Part shown: positions 1 through 14,082 of the stretch, in pieces | How the letters are laid out: each line of letters opens with the position of its first letter | Numbering within the stretch: position 1 is the first letter of the stretch | Assembly (NCBI GenBank): GCA_964016885.1 | Contig: OZ024765.1 | Span: 20,398,001 to 20,462,000, forward strand | DNA from: Eledone cirrhosa | Taxonomy: Eukaryota | DNA length: 64,000 nt | Reading direction: 5' to 3' | Notes under the pieces: generated by a model | What the model was told of the DNA's origin: nothing | Databases searched by the model: none | What the model saw: only the letters and a program-made list of their open reading frames with translations | Position numbers and translations under genes: made by a program

Positions 1-40
1 ATATATATATATATATATATATGTATGTATATATATATAT

Positions 41-263
41 GCACAGGCATTGCTTTATATCTGGAGATCTCTCTGCACTTGTCGTCACATGGTACCATGA
101 GCCCAGCACTATGTGTCAATAATTGTCACAAGTGTAGTGTTTGTACCAGAGTTTTCAAGTCGCTGGCTGGACTAAAAAGTCACACTCATTCAGCGCATCA
201 GTAGGGGTTCTCCTACATGGATATAAAGTAGTGGCCGTACTCGAAAACGAGTTGGCAGCCACC
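41..263 (+). mobile_element. 3' end of an RTE/BovB-like LINE-derived repeat (copy 1)
   Basis: One frame reads [26 protein letters not shown], resembling the terminal C2H2 finger of RTE-clade ORFs. Near-identical to 2720-2941 and 33877-34099. Confidence 0.65.
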
Positions 264-402
264 ATATATGTGTGTATATGTATGTATATATATATGTATG
301 TATATATATATATATGTATGTATGTATATATGTATATATATATATATATATGTATATGTATGTATATATATATATGTATATGTATATATATTTATATGTA
401 TG

Positions 403-437
<35 letters not shown>

Positions 438-466
438 GTATGTATATATAAATATATATGTATGTG

Positions 467-497
<31 letters not shown>

Positions 498-516
498 ATA
501 TATATATATATATATG

Positions 517-589
<73 letters not shown>

Positions 590-680
590 ATATATATATA
601 TGTGTGTATATATATATATATATGTGTGTGTATATATATATATATATATGTATGTATATATATATATGTATGTATATATG

Positions 681-727
<47 letters not shown>

Positions 728-731
728 GTAT

Positions 732-771
<40 letters not shown>

Positions 772-802
772 GTATGTATATATATATATTTATATATATA
801 TG

Positions 803-833
<31 letters not shown>

Positions 834-976
834 GTATATATATATATGTATATATATATATGTATATATATATATGTATATATATATATGTATATATATA
901 TATGTATATATATATATGTATATATATATATGTATATATATATATGTATATATATATATATGTATATATATATATG

Positions 977-1010
<34 letters not shown>

Positions 1011-1206
1011 TTTGTATATATATATATGTGTATATATATATATGTATATATTTGTATATATATATGTATATATATATATATATTTGTATATATATATGTA
1101 TATATATATATATATATATTTGTATATATATATGTATATATATATATATATATATTTGTATATATATATGTATATATATATATATATATTTGTATATATA
1201 TATGTG

Positions 1207-1241
<35 letters not shown>

Positions 1242-1302
1242 GTATGTATGTATATATATATGTATATATATATATATATATATATTTGTATATATATATG
1301 TG

Positions 1303-1337
<35 letters not shown>

Positions 1338-1526
1338 GTATGTATGTATATATATATGTATATATATATGTATGTGTGTATATATATGTATGTGTGTATA
1401 TATATATGTATGTGTGTATATATATATATATATATGTATGTATATATATATATATGTATGTATATATATATGTATGTATGTATATATATATGTATGTACA
1501 TGTATATATGTATATATATATATATG

Positions 1527-1557
<31 letters not shown>

Positions 1558-1710
1558 GTATGTATATATATATATGTATGTATATATATATATGTATATA
1601 TATATATGTATGTATATATATATATGTATGTATATATATATATGTATATATATATATGTATGTATATATATATATGTATGTATATATATATATGTATATA
1701 TATATATATG

Positions 1711-1759
<49 letters not shown>

Positions 1760-1820
1760 GTATGTATATATATATATGTATGTATATATATATATGTATG
1801 TATATATATGTGTGTATATA

Positions 1821-1867
<47 letters not shown>

Positions 1868-1910
1868 ATATATATGTATGTATATATATATGTATGTATA
1901 TATATAGATG

Positions 1911-1955
<45 letters not shown>

Positions 1956-1956
1956 G

Positions 1957-2001
<45 letters not shown>

Positions 2002-2016
2002 GTATATATATATATG

Positions 2017-2061
<45 letters not shown>

Positions 2062-2062
2062 G

Positions 2063-2093
<31 letters not shown>

Positions 2094-2202
2094 GTATGTA
2101 TATATATATGTATGTATATATATATATATGTATGTATATATATATATGTATATATATGTATATATATATATGTATATATATATATATGTATATATATATA
2201 TG

Positions 2203-2247
<45 letters not shown>

Positions 2248-2290
2248 GTATATATATATATGTATGTATATATATATATATGTATGTATG

Positions 2291-2321
<31 letters not shown>

Positions 2322-2375
2322 GTATATATATATATGTGTATGTATGTATGTATGTATATATGTATGTATGTATGT
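264..2375. repeat. (TA)n/(TATG)n compound microsatellite
   Basis: About 2.1 kb of TA repeats interrupted by G. Explains the Y/I/M/C ORFs. Confidence 0.98.
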
Positions 2376-2941
2376 ACAGCCTGTCTCATGGTTGGGTCGT
2401 TGGCGACTAAACTGGCAACCCCACCAAGGTTTCTTGGTGAGGAGGGTGACTTTGGACATCCTGCAGGACTAAAAACAAAACCTGTCAAAGGGCAAAGGAG
2501 CTCTTAAGAGTCAATGGCCATCCAAAATCACCGGGACAGATGACCCCTTAGCCTTTGTCAAGGCAGAATTCTAGGAGAAGGAAAACTCTGATATAACACC
2601 TGCAACCCTGATGGTATCCAATGATGTTGACTTGTTCTTCTTTTTGGTAAATATCATCTTGGTTAAGAGAGTGGGACTGGCTTTGTGCAATGCTTTTGCT
2701 CACTATAAAAGCTTCACGACACAGGCATTGCTTTATATCTGGAGATCTCTCTGCACTTGTCGTCACATGGAACCATGGGCCCAGCACTATGTGTCAATAA
2801 TTGTCACAAGTGTAGTGTTTGTACCAGAGTTTTCAAGTCGCTGGCTGGACTAAAAAGTCACACTCGTTCAGCGCATCGGTAGGGGTTCTCCTACATGGAT
2901 ATAAAGTAGTGGCCGTACTCGAAAACGAGTTGGCAGCCACC
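2376..2941 (+). mobile_element. Short RTE-derived non-autonomous element (5'UTR-like part plus 3' zinc-finger tail)
   Basis: Ends with [23 protein letters not shown] and GTGGCCGTACTCGAAAACGAGTTGGCAGCCACC. No RT sequence in its ~570 bp. Confidence 0.6.
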
Positions 2942-3325
2942 ATGTATGTATGTGTATATATATATATATATGTATGGATATATATATATGTATGTATATA
3001 TATAGATATATGTATGTATATATATATATATGTATGGATATATATATATATATATATGTATGGATATATATATATATATATGTATGGATATATATATATA
3101 TATATATATGTATGGATATATATATATATATATATATGTATGGATATATATATATATATATATGTATGGATATATATATATATATATATATATGTATGGA
3201 TATATATATATATATATATATATGTATGGATGTATGGATATATATATATGTATGGATGTATGGATATATATATATATATATGTATGGATATATGGATGTA
3301 TGGATATATATATATATATGTATGG

Positions 3326-3356
<31 letters not shown>

Positions 3357-3376
3357 TGTATGGATATATATATATA
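2942..3376. repeat. (TA)n with TGGA interruptions
   Basis: Direct inspection. Confidence 0.95.
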
Positions 3377-3379
3377 ACT

Positions 3380-5500
3380 TTGAATAACTTTGAAATGTTT
3401 TGGCCAGTATTGGCCCAGGCCATGTCTAACTTAATAGCACCACCTGGTGAAGTCTTTCAATTCAGGATTTGGGCACCATGGCCCATTCGAGAAGAGAATT
3501 ACTGTTTGCGGAGACATATCCGGGTGTGGGTGGTTTGTCCGGGATTACTTGGAGGAATTTGTCCAAAGACTTCTTGAATTTTGTGTGGTCAGTTTCTGTT
3601 TTGACGTGTCCTGGTGTGATGTTGAAGAGAGCAGGGCCGATTGAGGTGAAATAATTGTGCCGTATTGTTGTTATGAGTTGCGATTTAGATTTTTGTTTGG
3701 GGCGGATAGCACGGGGCCCAAGCCTTGCGTGTATTTTGAAGGTGATGCCAACATCATTTGGGCAGTGATGATGAAACATTTTCCACATCATGCAGATAAT
3801 ATAACGCTCACGGCGACGTTGGAGTGACTAATGTTTCAGCTTTTCTAGTCGACCCCAGTAGTCATGGTCTGACATGCCATCTATCTTTTTCGTGATTGCC
3901 CTTTGGGGAGCTTCAAGTTTCATGATACTTTGTTTCGTGTGGGGAGACCACAGTGGACAACAGTATTCAAGGTGTGGTCGGGCAAAAGTGGAGAAGAGAA
4001 GGATAATGGTGTGGGAATCTCTCGACTGGAAGATTCTGAGGATCCAGGAACACATTCTGCGGGCCATATCAACTTTGCTGCTTATATGCGTGGCCCAGCT
4101 TATGTTGCTGTCCACGGTTACTCCCAAGTCTCTGATGTTGTTAGATGCCACGAGAGTTTCACCGGAGGGAAGGGAGTACGGGAGTTTCAGAGCATCCTCG
4201 TTTCCAAAGTGGATCAGTTCGAATTTATCTTCGTTCAGTAACATGTTGTTCTTTTCCGCCCATTGGGTAACAGCCAGTAGGTCTGACTGAAGGCTTATCC
4301 GGTCATCCACGCCATTGATGACCTTTTGGAGCTTGGAATCATCAGGGAAAATTCTAATGCTGCTGTGTTTGATGATGTCAGTGATGTCATTAATATAGAT
4401 GATGAAGAGAAGTGGGCCCAACACAGTGCCTTGTGGGACCCCACTACTGACTTTGGCTGGGCTGGATTTGACTCCTTCGACTACAACATGTTGGGTTCTG
4501 TTTGACAGGAAGCTCTTGATCCACTGCAGCAGCTTTCCAGTGACACCAATATTGGACAGCTTTCTCAGTAGAATGTTGTGATCAACCCTGTCAAAGGCCT
4601 TGCTGAAATCAAGGTAGATAACATCAGTGTTGGAACCCTCTCCCAAGGCTCTCAAAATGCCATCAAAGTGATGCAGTAGCTGCGTCAGGCAATCCCTTCC
4701 ATTACGGAATCCATGCTGGTTGGAGTTCAGCATATTGTTACTCTCAAGGAAGTGAGTCATTCGCGATCTCACCACTCTCTCAAATACCTTAATGATATGA
4801 GAGGTGAGTGAGATTGGACGGTAATTCACGGCAAGGGATTTGTTTCCTTTTTTGAAAACTGGGACAACAGACTGGGATAGAAGGTTTTATGGCACATATC
4901 CAGCATCCAGTGAGTTCCGCCACAGATTGGCAAGAGGAGATACAAGTTGGTGTTGACACGCCTTCAAGACACAAGCAGGGAACCTATCGGGACCTACTGC
5001 TGAATTATGCTTGATTTCCTTTATTGCCGCTAAGACATCAGGGGCGCCAAACGTTATGTCCGATAAGGTGTAATGGGGAGTAACATCGCCGATACAGCCC
5101 AGATCGGCCATATCAGGATTGCTGAAAACAGAGCAGTATTGTTTCTGCAGTATCTCACCCATGGTTTTAGCATTGTCTTGAAAAGTGCCATTTTCATCAA
5201 TTAGAGGGCCAACAGTGGAGCCAGTGATTTTGTGTTTTTTTGCAAATGAAAAGAACAATTTGGGATTGAGTTTGATCTTCTCAATGGCCCAGGCCTCTTC
5301 AGCTCTTCTCTAATTGTTGATGATAGACATCATATTGTTTTGGAGGTTATGTTTTTTAATCTCTAGTGATGAAATGGCAGTCAAGTTGATGTGTTGCTGC
5401 TGACAGTATTTCAGCTTGTTAATTTTTTTGTTAGTTCTCTTAATTTTCCTGATGAGCGTTTTTCTATTTCTAGGGATTCTGCTCTTAGATTTGTTTATAG
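3380..5500 (-). mobile_element. CR1-group LINE, 5'-truncated ORF2 (RT pseudogene)
   Basis: ORFs 4887-5258, 3828-4829 and 3462-3791 give NYRPISLTS, QHGFR, YLDFSKAFDRVDH, SGVPQGTVLGPLLF, FPDD (degenerate FADD), RPHLEYC and FKKSLDKFL. Frameshifted. Confidence 0.92.
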
Positions 5501-5607
5501 TTCTTTATATATATATGTATGTATGTATATATATATATATGTATGTATATATATATGTATATATATATGTATGTATATATATATATATATGTATGTATAT
5601 ATATATG

Positions 5608-5642
<35 letters not shown>

Positions 5643-5671
5643 GTATGTATATATATATATGTATGTATATA

Positions 5672-6808
5672 TCATCATCATCATCATCATCATCAACGTT
5701 TAACGTCCGTGTTCCACGCTTGCATGGGTTTGGACGGGGGTAGTCCCACTTGAGGCAAGAGTGATTGTCTTGCTCGCATAGGACTGTCTGGCAGGTTTTC
5801 TACAGTTGGATGCCCTTCCTAACACCAACCACATTTACAGTGTGGGTCTGGGAGGTTTTTACCGTGTTGCCTACACGGCCACATTACAGCGTGGACTGTG
5901 TGTTTTTTTTGTCGTGACACCTACACGATCTCATTTGTTTCGGCCCGGATGGCGCGGCACCAACATAACTTTACATAGGACGGGGTGGTGTGGATGGGGT
6001 GGGGGTGGTGGTGGTGGGACGGGGTGTATTTTGTTAGAGATGCCTACTGGCAAGGCGGGTCTTCTCTGTTACTGAGTACCGCCAAAGGTCTCGGTCCAGT
6101 GACATTGTCTTGGAGAGGTGTAAGTGTGTGAGGTCGGAGTTTATCAGCTCGTCCCAGGTTTTTCTAGGTCTGCCTATTCCGTGGCTACCGTCTATCTTTA
6201 TTGCCCTGCACTTTGTTATACAGCTATCGACTTTCATGCGCATCACGTGTCCATACCAACGTAGCCTTCTCTCGAGTAAACAACATCTGATCCCTCTTAT
6301 CTCTAATTTTTTCCTTAGTTCGTTTATGCTTTGCCGTTCACGTATATTACTGTTACACATCCAGCGGAGCATGCAAGCTTCGTTCCTCTCTAGTCTGCGT
6401 ATATCCTCTGCACACAATGCCCAGGTCTCACTGCCATGCAACATTGCTGTTCGTATGCAGGCATCGTACAACCTGCCTTTCATTTTTAGGGAGAACCCTT
6501 TAGCAGCTAATAGTGGTATAAGCTCTCTGAACTTTTTCCAACCAGTTCTGACTCTAGCTACAGTACTTTCAGAGCACCCTCCCCCACTGCTGATTTTATC
6601 GCCCAGGTAACGGAAGCTGTCCACTATTTCTATAGAACCCTCTGCGCAATTGAAAGAGCTAGTATTTTGTGGGCACTTGCTGCTACTTATTGCACCAGAA
6701 CACCGGCCACATGTAAAATCTATGTTCTTAGTTAGCTTACCTGTGATCCCACTACATCTTTTATGCACCCATACTTTGCATTTAGGACACAAAATGGAGT
6801 TTCTACCT
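5672..6808 (-). mobile_element. RTE-clade LINE, 3' fragment with (GAT)n tail
   Basis: ORF 6034-6792 nearly matches the C-terminus of the 795-aa RTE ORF. (CAT)n tail on + at 5672-5693. Confidence 0.93.
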
Positions 6809-7034
6809 TATGTATATATATATATATGTATGTATATATATATATATGTATGTATCTATATGTATGTATCTATATGTATGTATATATATATGTATGTATC
6901 TATATGTATGTATATATATCTATCTGTATGTATATATATCTATATGTATGTACATATATATATATATATATGTATATATATCTATATGTATGTATATATA
7001 TCTATATGTATGTATATATATATATATATGTATG

Positions 7035-7093
<59 letters not shown>

Positions 7094-7176
7094 GTATATA
7101 TATATGTATATATATATATGTATATATATATATATGTATATATATATGTATATATATATATATGTATATATATATG

Positions 7177-7241
<65 letters not shown>

Positions 7242-7252
7242 GTATATATATG

Positions 7253-7285
<33 letters not shown>

Positions 7286-7354
7286 GTATATATATATGTA
7301 TATATATATATGTATATATATATGTATATATATATATATGTATATATATATATG

Positions 7355-7401
<47 letters not shown>

Positions 7402-7560
7402 GTATATATATGTATATGTATATATATGTATATGTATATATATGTATATGTATATATATGTATATGTATATATATGTATATGTATATATATGTATATGTA
7501 TATATATGTATATGTATATATATGTATATGTATATATATATGTATATGTATATATATATG

Positions 7561-7593
<33 letters not shown>

Positions 7594-7767
7594 GTATATA
7601 TATATATATGTAGGATTAGAATACTGGAGCGTGTTTGAGTCAAACACCCTCTTCGTATTATAGAAATGAATAGGACGAAACATTGTCGGCTAATAAAAAC
7701 TTTTGATGTATTAAAGGATTCTTTGTTTTACTCTCTTAATATATATATATATATATATATGTATATG

Positions 7768-7852
<85 letters not shown>

Positions 7853-7953
7853 GTATATATATGTATATGTATATATATGTATATGTATATATATATATAT
7901 GTATATATATATGTATATATATATGTATATATATATATATGTATATATATATG

Positions 7954-7985
<32 letters not shown>

Positions 7986-8009
7986 TGTATATGTATATAT
8001 ATATATATG

Positions 8010-8050
<41 letters not shown>
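6809..8050. repeat. (TA)n-derived microsatellite with a 130-bp island at 7610-7740
   Basis: Direct inspection. Confidence 0.95.
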
Positions 8051-8052
<2 letters not shown>

Positions 8053-8374
8053 TTCGTTTCTGAATTTGTTTAGCAAGATTCTTTATCTGAAAACGTGTTG
8101 AAACCGATATTGTTATACTTTGGGAGGGTCATGTTGCCAATAAGAAACACATGCACCAGTTGCTTTCACTCCAATTTATTATAAATTATATTTATAAATT
8201 TAAGAATTTATAAATTTCCGGTTGGTTGGTTGGTTCCACAACCGGACGGTTGTTCATATATTGTCAAAGTTCTTTCGTCACACATTCTGTAGCCTCTTCA
8301 GTGACTGGGGATTCTTTTCTTTGTTTTTGTGCCTCTTCTTTGTTCTGTCCTACGCCATCTTGTTTTATATATAC

Positions 8375-8421
<47 letters not shown>

Positions 8422-8425
<4 letters not shown>

Positions 8426-8474
8426 TTCCTGAAGATTTCTAATGAATGAAACAGTTCTAGTCCTGTAGAATCTC
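8422..8474 (+). ncRNA. Hammerhead ribozyme fold (type I)
   Basis: GAGATTC-CTGAAGA-TTTC TAAT GAAT-GAAA-CAG...CTG-TA-GAATCTC. 7-bp stem I, stem III ACAG/CTGT, GUA site. Stem II closes with a U.U mismatch. Confidence 0.7.
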
Positions 8475-8485
8475 ATCTATATTAA

Positions 8486-8521
<36 letters not shown>

Positions 8522-8658
8522 TTTCTGAATTTGTTTAGCAAGATTCTTTATCTGAAAACGTGTGTTGAAACCACTCGCGTAATGGAGAGATAGCATGCTT
8601 TCCAACAGACAAGTCTGGCAGAATCTCGGTTGACAGTCTGCCAAACTACATCCAGGCA

Positions 8659-10536
8659 ATGCAACCCCACATCACTAACACAAGAGAAGTAACACCACAG
8701 GAGCATGAGGATAGAGAAAAAGCCCTCAATGCCCATATGGTGATGTGGACAAATATAATGCAGCCCAACAAAAGGACTGCCAACAACTTCCAGGCCTGGA
8801 ACAATGACGTGCCAGCGTTGTATGGGCTTCGAAAACACCATAAAATGGGCAGTGACCCTGTCACGGGACCACCAACACGGCCAGTCTGTGGAGCTAACAT
8901 TGCTAGTAACTACTTCCTCTCCCTGATCATACGCCCCATCATTGAAATGTCCCCAGATGTATGTGACAGCACGGAGGACCTCCTCAGCAGAATCGGCGAG
9001 GGTAACCGATCTAGGGACCTAACAAACTGCATAATAGGTAGTATGGATGTTGTGTCCCTATATCCATCCATTGACGTGGATTTTGCTGTGGAGAAATGCG
9101 TAGAAATGATCAGTGAGAGCAATGTTGAGTTCCGTGGGATTGATACCAGTGAGCTGGGACTCCTACTTAAACTTACCTATAGTAATAATTATCTAGACAC
9201 ATATGACCTTAGCAACCTGTGCCCTACAAGACTAGCAAGAGGCAGACCACCTACCATTACCTCAATGGCCAAGAAAACCCACACAGATAGATGGAACGGG
9301 TGGACCAGAGCCATACGGACCCCCGAAAACCACGATGAACTGAAGAAAATGATTGCACATGCGGTGGGGGCCAGCATAAAATTAACCCTTAAGGAACATA
9401 TGTTCAAATTTAATGGAAAAACATATGCCCAAGAGGAGGGAGCAGCCATTGGTGTTAGCATTGCAGGCAACATAGCTAACTTATTCATGGTATGGTGGGA
9501 CAGTAGACTTAAACTTAAACTTAAAAAACAATTAGAAGACCCCTTAACCCTGATAATGTACTCCCGCTACGTTGATGATATAAACATCGTAGTTAAAACA
9601 CCCCCACTAGAGAACAGTCAGGAATTAGAGAAAAACACAATGGAAAGCATCCAGCAAATAGCTAACTCCATCCACCAGAGTATTAGAGTTACTATAGACT
9701 ACCCAAGCAAACACCCCAACCATCGATTACCTGTACTAGACACAGAGCTCTGGTTAGATACCATTAATAACAAAAAACAAATCCTCCATTCCCATTATGC
9801 CAAACCCATGACTTCCAAATATCTGATCCACCGAAACTCAGCTGTTTCGGACCATACCAAAATCAACATACTGATTGCGGATTTGGTACGGGTGATGAGA
9901 AACGTGTCCCGCATGTGCAATCCCGAAGAACTAGAGAGACACATACAACACTTCATCCACCGTATGCAGTTCTCTGGTTACAATTAGAGAGATAAAATCA
10001 GAGTGTATAGAGGAGCCAGAACCAAATGGGAAAAAATAGTAAATAATGACATAAATGGGACCTGCCCCTTGTATAGGAGCAAATTTTGGAATAGAATAGA
10101 AAGAATTGGGAATAAGGCTAATAGAATAAACTCATGGTATGATAGCAATAAATACCAGAGTGTAATGTTCATCGATACAACCCCTAGAGGTGAATTAGCT
10201 TACAAATTTAGAAGGGCCCTAGATAAACATAAACTCAATATTAAGATAGTAGAAAGACCAGGTACCTCCATAAAAACACTTATTAGCAAGACATACCCTT
10301 TTCAAAGACCCCCCTGTATAGATAAGAAATGTATAACCTGCAAATTAAGCCCCCATATTAACTGTAAAACTAGAAATGTAGTATATAGCATAAGATGTAC
10401 TGAAGGACAATGTAGAGATAAAAATATAGTGTACATACTTGAGACAGCTCGTAGTGTAGGGGAACGGATAAATGAACACTGCGAGACCTTCAAGATAGTA
10501 AAGAATCATCTGTACCCTACCAACATGCTAAAATAG
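8659..10536 (+). pseudogene. Penelope RT-GIY-YIG ORF with an internal stop and a 3' frameshift
   Basis: TAG at 9985-9987, same frame resumes. YIG is changed to YIL. Confidence 0.85.
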
Positions 10537-10890
10537 AACATAAGGGTAAATTAGAGAACATAGAAATAAAAAATAGAATCTACACACAGAAAAGACGCAA
10601 TGTTTAGACAAATCACAGAGGCAATAAACATAAAAGAATTACAACCAAAATTAAATAGAAAACATGAGTGGAACAGCAACATCACAACTTACAATTAAGG
10701 ACAAAATGAAAACACACACACACATAGAACAACCAACCAATGTAAATAAACAAATAAATAAACGAATATAAACACACACAGACACCCGGATGTGGGGCAT
10801 GTGCAGACTGAACACACAACACACACACAGAAACAAGATGGCGTAGGACAGAACAAAGGAGAGGCACAAAAACAAAGAAAAGAATCCCCA

Positions 10891-10933
10891 GTCACTGAAG
10901 AGGTCACAGAATGTGTGACGAAAGAACTTTGAC
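10891..10933 (+). ncRNA. Minimal hammerhead ribozyme in the Penelope pLTR
   Basis: GTCA-CTGAAGA-G-GTCACA GAATG TGTGAC-GAAA-GAAC-TT-TGAC. Antisense copy at 8263-8305 and decayed copy at about 12452-12494. Confidence 0.75.
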
Positions 10934-11080
10934 AATATATAAACAACCATCTGGATGTGGAGCCAGCCAACCAACCGGAAATTTATAAATTCCTAAATTT
11001 ATAAACTTATAATAAATTGAAGTGAAAGCAACTGGTGCGTGTGTTTCTTATTGGCAACATGACCCTCCCAAAGTATAACA

Positions 11081-11128
<48 letters not shown>

Positions 11129-11131
<3 letters not shown>

Positions 11132-11307
11132 AGATGAGTTTTATTGTAGTACAATAAAGCAATGCAGATATCGGATAAGAAGCACTCTACAGTTTGTAGG
11201 ACTGGAGTATATATAATATATAAGAACAAAAGATGGTTAAAAGAGTTCCATGTTTTTGAAATGCGCATAATAAAATACATGGAACTCTTTTAACCATCTT
11301 TTGTTCT

Positions 11308-11312
<5 letters not shown>
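11129..11312. mobile_element. Internally deleted copy of the fold-back element at 59636-60057
   Basis: Shares TAAGAACAAAAGATGGTTAAAAGAGTTCCATG, its reverse complement, and the flank GTAGGACTGGAGTA. Confidence 0.8.
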
Positions 11313-11380
<68 letters not shown>

Positions 11381-11582
11381 TAAATAAAAATAGAGAAATT
11401 AATGTGAGCAAGAAGCCAACAGTAATTCATAATATATAAGTGACTATAACATCAAGATGTAAAATGTTTAGCACAAGATATGGGAAAATAATTCTATCTT
11501 AATATATATATGTGTGTCTTCCACTATCTTCTGGTGCCAAAACTGGGACATTGGAAGAGAACGGCTGATATCTCACCTGACA

Positions 11583-12175
11583 CTGTTGTTGTTGTTGTTA
11601 CTGTTGTTGTTGTTGTTACTGGTGTTGTTGTTACTGGTGTTGTTACTGTTGCTGTTGTTAAGAATGTGTCTTACTACCACCTGTAACACACAGCTTCTCG
11701 ATTGCCCAAATATGTCTCCAAAGATTCTTGTGGCTTTTGGGAAGGAAGGGGTGTTGGTGGTGGTGGTGGTGGTGGTGGTGGTAGTAGTAGTGATGGTGGT
11801 GATGATGGTGGTGGTGGTGGTGGTAGTAGTAGTGATGGTGGTGGTGATGATGGTGGTGGTGGTGGTGGTAGTAGTAGTGATGGTGGTGGTGGTGGTAGTA
11901 GTAGTGGTGGTGGTGGTGGTAGTAGTAGTGATGGTGGTGGTGGTGGTAGTAGTAGTGATGGTGGTGGTGGTGGTAGTAGTAGTGATGGTGGTGGTGGTAG
12001 TAGTGGTGGTGGTGGTGGTAGTAGTGGTGGTGGTGGTGGTAGTAGTAGTGATGGTAGTGGTAGTAGTGATGGTGGTGGTGGTGGTAGTAGTAGTAGTAGT
12101 GGTGGTGATGATGGTGGTAGTGGTGGTGGTATGAGTGTGGTGGTGGTGGTGGTGGTGGTGGTATTGTTGCTGTTG
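11583..12175. repeat. (GTT)n and (GGT/AGT/GAT)n trinucleotide repeats
   Basis: Direct inspection. Confidence 0.95.
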
Positions 12176-12247
12176 AAATAACAAAGCAAACAACACAGTA
12201 CAATGAAGAAATATATTAGTTTTATGCTTGCTATAGTAGGCAAAGAG

Positions 12248-12283
12248 TCTTGACGTTTCAGACACTAGTCCTTCATCAGAAGA
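12248..12283 (-). ncRNA. Minimal hammerhead ribozyme fold
   Basis: Minus strand TCTT-CTGATGA-A-GGAC TAGT GTCT-GAAA-CG-TC-AAGA, GUC site. Decayed relative at about 14574-14609 on +. Confidence 0.7.
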
Positions 12284-12325
12284 TAGAAGAAAGGAGACGA
12301 AAAATAAAAAGATTGAGGAGACGAT

Positions 12326-12545
12326 ATATTGTTATATTTTGGGAGGTCATGTTGCCAATAGAAACACACACCCCGGTTGGTTTTCATTTCAATTTATTAT
12401 AAGTTTCCGGTCAGTTGGTTGGTTCAATAACTGGAAAGTTGTTTATATATTGTCAAAGCTCTTTTGTCACACATTCTGTGACCTCCTCAGTGATTAATTT
12501 GTGATTTTGTCTCTTTCTTTGTTCTGTCCTGCACCATCTTGTTTT
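12326..12545 (-). mobile_element. Solo diverged Penelope pLTR
   Basis: Similar to 8106-8365 (GGTCATGTTGCCAATAAGAAACAC...GTCACACATTCTGTGACC). Confidence 0.8.
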
Positions 12546-12571
12546 TTTTTTGTATGTATGTGTGTGTGTGT

Positions 12572-12607
<36 letters not shown>

Positions 12608-12837
12608 TGAAACAAAATGAAAACGAAATTTCATTTCTCACTCTTAGTATGGCACTTACTTAAATGTAAGTATGCATGTATACGTACATACATATATGTA
12701 TACAGACGTACAGTAGCATGCACATATATATATATATATACATATACATATACATATGCATACAGGTACACATACATATATGCACGTATCAGTTTAGCGG
12801 CGCTAACGTCGCTTTGTTCGTTTGTAAACAAACTGAA

Positions 12838-12845
12838 CATATATA

Positions 12846-12917
<72 letters not shown>

Positions 12918-13010
12918 CATATATATATACATATATATACATATATATATACATATATATACATATATATACATATATATACATATATATATATATACAT
13001 ATATATATAC

Positions 13011-13063
<53 letters not shown>

Positions 13064-13104
13064 CATATATACATATATACATATATACATATATACATAT
13101 ATAC

Positions 13105-13153
<49 letters not shown>

Positions 13154-13288
13154 TATACATATATATACATATATATACATATATATACATATATATACAT
13201 ATATATACATATATATACATATATATACATATATATATATATATATGTATACATATATATACATATATATACATATATATACATATAT

Positions 13289-13324
<36 letters not shown>
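12838..13324. repeat. (TA)n/(CATA) microsatellite
   Basis: Direct inspection. Confidence 0.95.
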
Positions 13325-13325
<1 letters not shown>

Positions 13326-14082
13326 ATCATCATCGTCGTTTAACGTCCATCTTCCACGCTAGCATGGGTTTGGACGGGAGTTTTCCCACTTGAGGCAAGA
13401 GTGGTTGTCTTGCTCGCATAGGATTGTCTGGCGGGTTTTCTACAGCTGGATGCCCTTCCTAACACCAACCACATTTACAGTGTGGACTGGGAGGTTTTTA
13501 CCGTGTTGCCTACATGGCCACATTACAGCGTGGACTGTGTGTTTTTTTGTCGTGACACCTACATGACCTCATTTGTTTCGGACTGGATGTTGTGGCACCG
13601 ACATAACGCTAGGTGGGGGTAAGGGTAGTGGGGTGGGGGTGTATATTTGGTTAAGAGGAGCCTACTGACTGTAGTAGGTTTCACTTTGTATTTAGGTAAG
13701 GCGGGTCTTCTGTATTACTGTGTAGCGCCAAAGGTCTCGGTCCAGTGACATTGTCTTGGAGAGGTGTAAGTGTGTGAGGTCGGAATTTATCAAGTCGTCC
13801 CAGGCTTTTCTGGGTCTGCCTACTCCGTAGCTTCCATCAATTTTGATCGCCTTGCACTTTTTTATACAGCTGTCGTCTTTCATGCGCATCACGTGACCAT
13901 ACCAACGTAGTCTTCTCTCGAGTAAACAACATCTGATCCCTCTTATTCCTAATTTCTCACTTAGTTCATTTATGCTTTGCTGTTCACGTATATTACTATT
14001 GCACATCCAGCGGAGCATGTATCCTTCATTCCTCTCCAGTCTGCGCAGATCCTCTGCACACAATGCCCATGTCCCACTGCCA
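13326..14082 (-). mobile_element. RTE LINE 3' fragment
   Basis: ORF 13692-14063 ([11 protein letters not shown]...GRPRKAW) plus the same 3'UTR and CAT tail. Confidence 0.9.

Larger units (their letters stand above)
8106..11083 (+). mobile_element. Penelope-like element (RT plus GIY-YIG) with inverted pLTR
   Basis: RT ORF 8659-9987 (LYGLRKHHK, RPVC, SMDVVSLYPSI, GAAIG, RYVDD, LPVLD) continues in frame past one TAG into 10003-10536 (NVVYSIRC...YILET...ERINEH, a degenerate GIY-YIG). 8106-8365 is the reverse complement of about 10830-11083. Confidence 0.92.

Noticed and set aside
141-3577. Long Y/I/M/C-rich ORFs here and throughout the window
   Set aside because: They are translations of (TA)n microsatellites, which lack stop codons.
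7660-7700. Half hammerhead GGAC-GAAA-CATTG-TC; also partial cores at about 19470, 62060-62105 and 63935-63970
   Set aside because: The CUGANGA or GAAA half is missing or unpaired, so these were not called as ribozymes.
11514-12265. Poly-V/T/H/P/G ORFs (also at 17.0, 29.0 and 36.4 kb)
   Set aside because: Trinucleotide repeats open in most frames.
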